Shown here: one piece after another, positions 1-5,958 of the stretch
Layout of the letters: each line of letters begins with the position of its first letter
Position numbering within the stretch: position 1 is the first letter of the stretch
From: a virus
Lineage: Duplodnaviria; Heunggongvirae; Uroviricota; Caudoviricetes
IMG/VR virus record: IMGVR_UViG_3300022562_000051
Coordinates: 1-44,580 of that record
Direction: 5' to 3' (one strand)
DNA length: 44,580 nucleotides
Notes under the pieces: model-generated
What the model was told of the DNA's origin: nothing
Seen by the model: only the letters and a program-made list of their open reading frames with translations
Database searches by the model: none
Made by a program: the position numbers and the translations under genes

Positions 1-59
1 GCATACCTACTATCCTCAAAAGTTAGTGTTTCTCGGTTCGAATCCGAGGTTGTCTACCA
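1..59 (+). tRNA. tRNA-Leu(CAA), 5'-truncated by window edge, short variable loop
   Basis: Anticodon arm CTATC-CTCAAAA-GTTAG (one mismatch), T arm CTCGG-TTCGAAT-CCGAG, ends ACCA at 59. Confidence 0.8.
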
Positions 60-63
60 ATAC

Positions 64-141
64 GCAAACGTGAAGGGAATTGGCATACCTACTTGGTCGA
101 GAGCCAAGTGTTTGTGGGTTCGACTCCCACCGTTTGCACCA
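64..141 (+). tRNA. tRNA-Leu(GAG), short variable loop, C at position 33
   Basis: Acceptor GCAAACG/CGTTTGC-A-CCA; anticodon arm CTTGG-TCGAGAG-CCAAG; T arm GTGGG-TTCGACT-CCCAC. Confidence 0.85.
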
Positions 142-145
142 ATTA

Positions 146-337
146 GCTGAGTCGAGCTATCGCGGGAAACCGAGGAAGTTCGCGACTGGCGCGGAAATCG
201 TGTGGGAGCCGAAAGGCGTCTTACCACCGTGATATAGCCAGCAACACAAACAGAGCGTGGGAAGTTTCCGCTTAGACGTTCGGGTTGTGGCAAAGATGAA
301 TGGTAGCATAGAACAGAATCGCGGCTACGGACTCAGC
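146..337 (+). ncRNA. rnpB: Minimal RNase P RNA (catalytic domain with reduced specificity domain)
   Basis: P1 GCTGAGTC(146-153)/GACTCAGC(330-337); P2 GCTATC/GGTAGC; P3 CGG-GAAA-CCG; CR-I GAGGAAGTTCGCGA(172-185) pairs with CR-V AACAGAATCGCGGCTA(312-327) as P4 with bulged U; CR-IV AGATGAAT(294-301). Confidence 0.85.
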
Positions 338-345
338 ATCTTAAA

Positions 346-427
346 TCACTGGCTCATACGAGACAAAGCCCATTACGCCGCTTGCTTATTAGTGATCATA
401 AAGGCAAGATAGACGTTGAGCCGGTGG
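346..427 (+). ncRNA. Unassigned ~80-nt structured RNA in the tRNA array
   Basis: Closing stem CACTGGCTCA(347-356)/TGAGCCGGTG(417-426); inner hairpin CTTGC-TTAT...ATAA-AG-GCAAG; fills the gap between RNase P RNA and tRNA-Arg. Confidence 0.5.
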
Positions 428-431
428 CGCT

Positions 432-506
432 GTCCTTGTAGTCTAATGGAGAGGCACCAGTTTCCTAAACTGGCTTATGCGGGTTCGAATCCTGCCAAGG
501 ACGCCA
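432..506 (+). tRNA. tRNA-Arg(CCT)
   Basis: Acceptor GTCCTTG/CAAGGAC-G-CCA; anticodon arm CCAGT-TTCCTAA-ACTGG; T loop TTCGAAT. Confidence 0.95.
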
Positions 507-517
507 AATTCAAAAAC

Positions 518-609
518 GGGAAAGACCCCACTTGGCTGTGGGAGTTTTCTGATCATAGAAAGTTTACTGCAAATCAACCTAATTGGTTCGACTCCAATCT
601 TTCCCGCCA
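518..609 (+). tRNA. Atypical tRNA-like gene, probable GCA (Cys) anticodon, with an extra hairpin between D and anticodon arms
   Basis: Acceptor GGGAAAG/CTTTCCC-G-CCA; D arm CCCAC-TTGGCT-GTGGG; extra arm TTTCT-GATCAT-AGAAA; GTTTA-CTGCAAA-TCAAC; T arm ATTGG-TTCGACT-CCAAT. Confidence 0.65.
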
Positions 610-610
610 T

Positions 611-685
611 GCCGCCATCGTATAATGGCAATTACAGATGCCTCGTAAGCATCTTATCTCTGTTCGACTCAGAGTGGCGGCACCA
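611..685 (+). tRNA. tRNA-Thr(CGT)
   Basis: Acceptor GCCGCCA/TGGCGGC-A-CCA; anticodon arm GATGC-CTCGTAA-GCATC. Confidence 0.95.
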
Positions 686-686
686 A

Positions 687-1547
687 TCAATTCTTAGGGA
701 ATATCCAACTAAGCAATTTCTTGAAAAAGTCAACGATCTTCTGCCAGAAACTCTTCGAAGGTTCTGGTGTCGGAGTCGGAGTTGGCGTAGGTTCAGGAGT
801 TGGAGTAGGCACAGGATCAGTGACCGGATCACCTAGATGATTCAGGTCGTTCTGTAGCTTCGCCCAATCAAATCCAGATGGAGTGAGTCCGCTAGCCTGA
901 ATGAGCGAAAGGTCGTTCAGGACTGCGTAGCATTCATCCGCATAGGATTCATACCAAGAATAAGACATGTCCCAAATCTCGCCCCATGTGCAGACTTTGA
1001 ACATCTGACGAGCATCGTCATATCCGATGAGATTGACGGCATGACCATTGTATGGATTGCCGGGACCAGTTGGCACAGTCCATGGTCCGTAGAGACTCTT
1101 GTCTGGCAGTGCCATACCAATGTAGACACCACCGAAATAATGAATAGCGAGTTTAGCCTGCGTCACGTTGCGCGGCTCGACTTCGACAAAGGCTTCGACT
1201 TTATCGGTTCCTACACCGGTCTTGCGCCAGTGATTGAGCGCATCCAGCATGTAGGCTCCGTTGTCTTCGGGGCTGATCGTAAGGTAAGCCTTGATGATTT
1301 CAGAATCAGGAATGTTCTGTTGTCCACGTTCGGCATAGACCGACCAAGATTGAACCATATGCCCTGCTGCTGAGATAGTGCAGCTACCATACTGGTCGTT
1401 TGCCATCATGCCAATGTTCCTTAGACGCGAAGCGCGGTCTACGGCTGGCGGTGGAGCAGGAAGGGCAACCGGCAGATAACTCTTAAACTTAAGATTTCTG
1501 CGGTCTAACTTCGGTGGGTGCTTACCTAGACGGAAATTCTTGGACAT
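687..1547 (-). CDS. Papain-like (C1 family) cysteine peptidase with Pro/Thr linker and C-terminal amphipathic helix
   Basis: NDQYGSCT (catalytic Cys), GHAVNLIGYD (His), TWG; RBS GGAG before ATG 1547; (PT/PE)n then FWQKIVDFFKKLLSWIF. Confidence 0.75.
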   Translation of the reverse strand: MSKNFRLGKHPPKLDRRNLKFKSYLPVALPAPPPAVDRASRLRNIGMMANDQYGSCTISAAGHMVQSWSVYAERGQQNIPDSEIIKAYLTISPEDNGAYMLDALNHWRKTGVGTDKVEAFVEVEPRNVTQAKLAIHYFGGVYIGMALPDKSLYGPWTVPTGPGNPYNGHAVNLIGYDDARQMFKVCTWGEIWDMSYSWYESYADECYAVLNDLSLIQASGLTPSGFDWAKLQNDLNHLGDPVTDPVPTPTPEPTPTPTPTPEPSKSFWQKIVDFFKKLLSWIFPKN

Positions 1548-1581
1548 TGGTTGTCTCCGGTAAAAGGCTGTGGACAACACG

Positions 1582-1588
1582 TATTTAG
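1582..1588 (-). promoter_or_regulatory. T4-type late promoter variant (CTAAATA) for the peptidase
   Basis: TATTTAG on + strand 35 nt upstream of ATG 1547; the same motif precedes other late genes. Confidence 0.55.
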
Positions 1589-1595
1589 TTTAATT

Positions 1596-1685
1596 GGTAG
1601 GTTGACCGAGAGGCTTATGGTCGCCGCTTGGAAAGCGGATGGTCGCGAAAGCGGCACACAGGTTCAAATCCTGTACCTACCGCCA
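1596..1685 (+). tRNA. tRNA-Ser(GGA)
   Basis: Acceptor GGTAGGT/ACCTACC-G-CCA; CCGC-TTGGAAA-GCGG; long variable arm with GAAA loop. Confidence 0.95.
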
Positions 1686-1690
1686 GTTTT

Positions 1691-1811
1691 AGGAACCGTG
1701 CAGCAACTCAAAATTCCTCTGTAAAAGGACTATTGTAGGTTCGAATCCTGCCGCACTCCCCATTCAATGGAGTGTGTAGTGTAATGGTAACACAGTAAAA
1801 AAGCGGTTCCT
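1691..1811 (+). ncRNA. Circularly permuted tRNA (anticodon GTA) enclosed in a terminal stem; Y-RNA-like architecture
   Basis: Order: AGGAACCGT leader, anticodon arm TCCT-CTGTAAA-AGGA, T arm GTAGG-TTCGAAT-CCTGC, 3' acceptor CGCACTC-C-CCA, linker TTCAAT, G-GAGTGTG 5' acceptor, TA, D arm GTGT-AATGGTA-ACAC, trailer GCGGTTCCT. Confidence 0.8.
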
Positions 1812-1817
1812 GTCTAT

Positions 1818-1891
1818 GGTCACGTAGTTCAAAAGTAGAACGCAAGTCTCATAAGCTTGATACGATGGAGCGTTACCATCCGTGACTACCA
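1818..1891 (+). tRNA. tRNA(CAT), Met or Ile2, atypical D and T loops
   Basis: Acceptor GGTCACG/CGTGACT-A-CCA; CAAGT-CTCATAA-GCTTG; T loop AGCGTTA; D loop lacks GG. Confidence 0.8.
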
Positions 1892-1896
1892 AATTC

Positions 1897-1904
1897 TATA
1901 AATA
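1897..1904 (+). promoter_or_regulatory. T4 late promoter TATAAATA
   Basis: Exact gp55 consensus just after the last tRNA. Confidence 0.75.
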
Positions 1905-1933
1905 ACCCTATGACCAAACCGAGGGTTGTTTCG

Positions 1934-2260
1934 ATGCCAGTAAAGAAAATTACTCCCATGGGACTAATTGGTTCCATCATGACATTGGCTGCATTTGTCG
2001 GCATGGTATTCACCGTGGACGCTCGGTACATTACCAGAGCAGAAGCGGCTGACAAGACCTCTGATGTAATTCAGCAACAGCAAATGGATCGCGTGGAGAC
2101 AGACATTGCTCTAGTTGAACTTGAAATCAAGTTTCAGGAAGAGGTTGCTGAACACGCCGAAGAAGATCGCTCAAAGAGAGAAGCTGAAAAGAGAATTGAG
2201 TATCTTGAGCAGCGCAAACTGATTCTTGAAAAGTATCAGTTAGAACTCACCAAAGATTAA
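1934..2260 (+). CDS. Membrane-anchored coiled-coil protein (late)
   Basis: One TM helix LIGSIMTLAAFVGMVFTV then E/K/Q-rich helix; RBS GAGGG; start 1910 also possible. Confidence 0.6.
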   Translation: MPVKKITPMGLIGSIMTLAAFVGMVFTVDARYITRAEAADKTSDVIQQQQMDRVETDIALVELEIKFQEEVAEHAEEDRSKREAEKRIEYLEQRKLILEKYQLELTKD

Positions 2261-2288
2261 ACCATCAATTGTTAAAGGAAGTCATCTA

Positions 2289-3362
2289 ATGTTTAGACTT
2301 AATCAGTACATTGTTGAAAAGGAAATTGAAGCTTTTGCTCTGGAACTTGAAGAGTTCGAAGCACTAGGTCAGCTAGACGAAAAGCTAGGTGACATTCCTG
2401 TGAAGGTTGAGACACAGCACGACAAGAAGCAGAGTGGTAAGAATCACTGGCAGAAGGTTCGTGCAGGAGCGCACTCTTATTTTAGTAAGAGTCCCGAAGA
2501 ACAGCATCATGCCATTCAAAAGGCACATGAGGTTCTAGGTAAGGGCAACTTGCTCGGTGACGAGGCATCCAACCCGAAGCTCAAGAAGAGCGGCGAGAAG
2601 ATGCCTGAGTTCCGTACCAAGGGGCTGACGCTGGCACCATCTACCAAGTCTGGTATTGATACGTGTCCAGCATCGTCAACCGAATGCCGTGCCTCTTGTT
2701 TGGGTAGCTCCGCAGGAAGAGCCTGCATGAAGAATGTGAAGGATGCGCGTGTGAAGAAGACTCATAAGCTATTCAATCATCCTGAACACTTCTACGCAAA
2801 GCTCGACCATGAGATTACCAACGCGAAGCAGACTGCTCATCGTAATGGACAGAAGCTCGCAGTTCGGCTGAATGTTGCTTCCGACATTCCGCATGAACAC
2901 TTGGCAAGGGGTTTGTTCGACAAGCATAAGGACGTTCATTTCTATGATTACACCAAGATCACAGGAAGAGCGCAGCATAAGAACAAGCCTAGCAACTATC
3001 ACCTGACTCTATCCTCGACGGGATTGAACCACGGTGAAAGTAACTGGAAGCATGTACGCAAGCACCTTGATTCGGGTGGTGTGGCAGCGATGGCATTCAA
3101 CATTCCGTCGCGTGGCAAAGCAAGTCACACGCCGCTACCAACGCACGTACACGATGAAGAGACTGGTAAGAAGTATCGCGTGATTGACGGTGATGAGCAT
3201 GACCATAGACATTTGGACAAGGCTTATCACAACATCCCTGATCATGAAGGCGTCATTGCTGGATTGAAGTTCAAGGGTGGTGGACCGAATATCAAGCGAG
3301 CCGGTAAATTCGCCGTTCCGCATGAAGGTGGAATTGCAGTTGCCAAGCAGGGACAAAACTGA
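2289..3362 (+). CDS. GP88-like phage protein with Cys cluster and acidic N-terminal segment
   Basis: TCPASSTECRASCL, RLNVASD, FYDYTK, IDGDEHD, GLKFKG motifs. Confidence 0.6.
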   Translation: MFRLNQYIVEKEIEAFALELEEFEALGQLDEKLGDIPVKVETQHDKKQSGKNHWQKVRAGAHSYFSKSPEEQHHAIQKAHEVLGKGNLLGDEASNPKLKKSGEKMPEFRTKGLTLAPSTKSGIDTCPASSTECRASCLGSSAGRACMKNVKDARVKKTHKLFNHPEHFYAKLDHEITNAKQTAHRNGQKLAVRLNVASDIPHEHLARGLFDKHKDVHFYDYTKITGRAQHKNKPSNYHLTLSSTGLNHGESNWKHVRKHLDSGGVAAMAFNIPSRGKASHTPLPTHVHDEETGKKYRVIDGDEHDHRHLDKAYHNIPDHEGVIAGLKFKGGGPNIKRAGKFAVPHEGGIAVAKQGQN

Positions 3363-3405
3363 TATAATCATGTCTTGTCCCTCTAATTGAAGAAAGGGAA
3401 AGATT

Positions 3406-3972
3406 GTGACTACACAAATTCTAATTACAGACAGTGCTGGTAGACCTACCGCATGGGCAGACTTTGAGACTGCTGCGTGTTACTACACCCGCGACAAGGT
3501 TCTGTGGGAAGTCGGTGAGAAGGTTAAGACCTTCCACGGTGGTACGAACGCAGATGGTGTTCAGTCTATTCTTGAGATTAGCTCCATTCTTGGAGTTAGC
3601 GGTCCTCTGCTCGGTGACTCTTTCTTCACTCGCGAGTCCATTTACACGGATCGTATGATTCTGTACGCTCGCGACAAGTACACCTGTGCTTACTGTGGGG
3701 ATGAGTTCTCTGGCTACAAGCTGACGATTGACCACGTTCACCCACGTTCGCGTGGCGGCAAGAACGTCTGGACAAACTGCGTTACGTCTTGCAAGCCATG
3801 CAACCATCGTAAGGGTGACAAGACGCCAGAAGAGGCACACATGAAGTTGCTGTATGTACCATACGCACCTAACGTGTTCGAAAAGATGATCCTGCGGAAC
3901 CGCAACATCCTTGCGGACCAGATGGATTTCCTCAAGGCGCGTGTTCCCCGTAACAGCAGGATTTTCGCCTAA
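3406..3972 (+). CDS. HNH endonuclease
   Basis: RDKYTCAYCG...TIDHVHPRSRGG...WTNCVTSCKPCNHRKG. Confidence 0.9.
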   Translation: MTTQILITDSAGRPTAWADFETAACYYTRDKVLWEVGEKVKTFHGGTNADGVQSILEISSILGVSGPLLGDSFFTRESIYTDRMILYARDKYTCAYCGDEFSGYKLTIDHVHPRSRGGKNVWTNCVTSCKPCNHRKGDKTPEEAHMKLLYVPYAPNVFEKMILRNRNILADQMDFLKARVPRNSRIFA

Positions 3973-3977
3973 AAACG

Positions 3978-3990
3978 TAAGTCCTTGATT
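3978..3990 (+). promoter_or_regulatory. IHF-box-like site
   Basis: TAAGTCCTTGATT fits YAANNNNTTGATW; identical copy at 10699. Confidence 0.6.
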
Positions 3991-3997
3991 GTGGAGA

Positions 3998-4030
3998 AGA
4001 AACGGGGGTTGACGAAACCCCCGTTTTTCT
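3998..4030 (+). terminator. Intrinsic terminator overlapping a sigma70 promoter
   Basis: AAACGGGGGTT-GACG-AAACCCCCGTTT followed by T tract. Confidence 0.7.
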
Positions 4031-4037
4031 ATATACT
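4009..4037 (+). promoter_or_regulatory. Sigma70-type early promoter
   Basis: TTGACG-N17-TATACT; ATG at 4046 suggests a near-leaderless mRNA. Confidence 0.7.
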
Positions 4038-4045
4038 GGTAATAT

Positions 4046-4255
4046 ATGATTCTTATTGGTAAAACACAGAAAGGCAAGAATCGCGTTCGCGAGTTGGGTT
4101 CCGAATGGTTCCTAGTTCGCAAGTCGGCGCGAGTCCTGTTCGATTCGCGTCCCGGTCCATGGTGGCTTGTTCAGCCGGTGAATGGTTCCGAGGAAAAGTC
4201 CCGTTGGATTCATTCCAAAGAGGACAAGGATTTTGAGGTTAGGTGGGAAAAGTGA
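4046..4255 (+). CDS. Hypothetical phage protein
   Basis: Follows promoter; overlaps next GTG start. Confidence 0.6.
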   Translation: MILIGKTQKGKNRVRELGSEWFLVRKSARVLFDSRPGPWWLVQPVNGSEEKSRWIHSKEDKDFEVRWEK

Positions 4256-4602
4256 CTGAGCATCATACTCCGTTTTGGATTCAGGGTCTTCATATTCCCG
4301 GCGATTCGCTTGAGGCGAAGACCATGACCCGCACCACAATCTGGAAGGGCAACGATCCGCGTCCGGTTATTCTCGGCGGCGATGCCTACTGGCAGTGGAG
4401 CGAGTTCGGACCATACCGTGACCATGGCAAGGGTTTCTGCTGGACGCAGGCTCTTCATGATGGTCTTGAGGGCTGGCATAGCACGATCTTTCATTCTGGT
4501 GATGACAAGTTCTGTGTGCATCCCGGTCATCCTGACTACGCGCATGTTGCACGTATTTGGGATTTGGTCAACGACAACGTGATGGTCCCGGTAGACTTCT
4601 AA
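4252..4602 (+). CDS. Hypothetical protein
   Basis: GTGA overlap with upstream gene; operon position. Confidence 0.6.
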   Translation: MTEHHTPFWIQGLHIPGDSLEAKTMTRTTIWKGNDPRPVILGGDAYWQWSEFGPYRDHGKGFCWTQALHDGLEGWHSTIFHSGDDKFCVHPGHPDYAHVARIWDLVNDNVMVPVDF

Positions 4603-4622
4603 TCTTAAGGGAAGCTTAAATT

Positions 4623-5072
4623 ATGAATACCCTATATATTATTAGAGGTCTGCCGGGTTCCGGCAAGTCCACGTTGGCAAGGAAGCTGGCAGATCGTTAT
4701 AGTTGCAACTATTACGAGGCAGACCAGTATTTCATGGTAGAAGGTGAATACAAGTTCGATCCGACCAAGCTGCATCAGGCGCATTCAGCTTGCTACAGGA
4801 ATGTTGCGGGTGATATTGCCAATGGTCGCGATGCTATCGTGTCGAACACGTTCACCACGATCAAGGAATTGCGCGATTATTTCCAGTTGGCGAATGACTA
4901 TGGTTGTGCGCTGGAAATCTTCGAATGCACTGGTAACTACGGTTCGATCCACAACGTGCCAGAAGCTTCGATTCAGCGTATGCGGGATCGTTGGGTTTCT
5001 TCGGATGACTTGTGGGAGTACGGTGAAAACTTTCAGCGTCTTAAGACGATGATAATGACTGAGTATTGTTGA
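4623..5072 (+). CDS. P-loop kinase (AAA_33 / polynucleotide-kinase-like)
   Basis: IIRGLPGSGKST, EADQYF, IVSNTFT, SIHNVP. Confidence 0.85.
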   Translation: MNTLYIIRGLPGSGKSTLARKLADRYSCNYYEADQYFMVEGEYKFDPTKLHQAHSACYRNVAGDIANGRDAIVSNTFTTIKELRDYFQLANDYGCALEIFECTGNYGSIHNVPEASIQRMRDRWVSSDDLWEYGENFQRLKTMIMTEYC

Positions 5073-5073
5073 C

Positions 5074-5958
5074 ATGTGTGATATCAAGCATTTGCGGAAT
5101 TTCGCAGAGTCCAACCCCGAGTTGGTGACTGTGCGTATTTCCATACGCCACCCTCGCTTGCGAGTGGTGAAGTACAAGAACAAGGTTTTCTACAAGAATC
5201 TCTGGACGCCAGAGTTAGAGGAAATGCGCGGTCTTGTAGTTGACGAGGATTGGAACGTAGTTGTCCGTCCTTTCAAAAAGATTTACAATCGCTTTGAAAA
5301 CGGAACTGATATGGCACCGGAGACTTCGGTTGTTGCGGTGCGCAAGATCAACGGGTTCATGGCGGCAGTGACCAAGAATCCTGAGTATGGAACTATCGTT
5401 TCGACTACGGGTTCGCTCGACTCGCCATTCGTAGCGATGGCAGAAGAGTCTCTTGATGGGCTATTGTCCTTTAAGGGACTTGTCGAGAACGTTACTTATC
5501 TCTTCGAAATCGTCCATCAAGACGATCCACATATCATCGAAGAGAAGATCGGTCCTTACCTGATCGGTGCGCGTTGCGTACATTCAGGAATGATACTGAC
5601 CGAGTGTGACCTTGACTTGTTGGCGAACGACATGCAGGGCGTTATGCGTCCTGAGTGGAAGGTTTGCCGATTCAAGGATGTGGTGGAAGAGGTTCACTCT
5701 TGCAAGCATGAAGGCTTTGTGGTCTATGATCGCAAGGGACATTCTCTCAAGATCAAGTCGCCTTACTACCTGACCAAGAAATTCTTCTCTCGCGTAAGAG
5801 CCGAGAAGCTGACTGTGGAATGGTTAGAGGAAAAGCGTGGAAACTTCGATGAAGAGTTCTACGGATTGATTGATTATTTGGCATTGAACCGTGATACTTT
5901 TGTTTCGCTTGATCAACATCAGCGTCGGAAGTTCATTGAGGAATACCTCGCCCAATGA
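5074..5958 (+). CDS. RNA ligase, T4 Rnl1 (RnlA)-like
   Basis: EMRGLV, PFKKIYN, motif I KINGF, FEI, HEGFVV, LKIKSPYY. Confidence 0.85.
   Translation: MCDIKHLRNFAESNPELVTVRISIRHPRLRVVKYKNKVFYKNLWTPELEEMRGLVVDEDWNVVVRPFKKIYNRFENGTDMAPETSVVAVRKINGFMAAVTKNPEYGTIVSTTGSLDSPFVAMAEESLDGLLSFKGLVENVTYLFEIVHQDDPHIIEEKIGPYLIGARCVHSGMILTECDLDLLANDMQGVMRPEWKVCRFKDVVEEVHSCKHEGFVVYDRKGHSLKIKSPYYLTKKFFSRVRAEKLTVEWLEEKRGNFDEEFYGLIDYLALNRDTFVSLDQHQRRKFIEEYLAQ

Noticed and set aside
518-609. Selenocysteine or opal-suppressor tRNA (TCA in the first hairpin loop, long D stem)
   Set aside because: The loop GATCAT is 6 nt with no U33 context, the acceptor is 7 bp rather than 8, and the next arm has a canonical 7-nt CTGCAAA loop
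755-835. Short tandem repeats (GGAGTT/GGAGTC-like) as a CRISPR or DNA repeat
   Set aside because: They encode the Pro-Thr/Glu linker of the minus-strand peptidase; no repeat-spacer array was seen anywhere in the window
54-836. Short ORFs on both strands over 54-836
   Set aside because: They overlap well-formed RNA genes or the peptidase antisense strand and lack RBS or recognisable motifs
1691-1811. Two unrelated broken tRNA pseudogenes, or a preQ1 riboswitch
   Set aside because: The halves are exactly complementary in the acceptor and anticodon stems and are enclosed by a 9-bp stem; the preQ1 loop consensus and a downstream queuosine gene are absent
3406-3972. Intron-encoded homing endonuclease
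   Set aside because: Flanking genes are intact and no group I intron core is visible; it is a free-standing HNH gene
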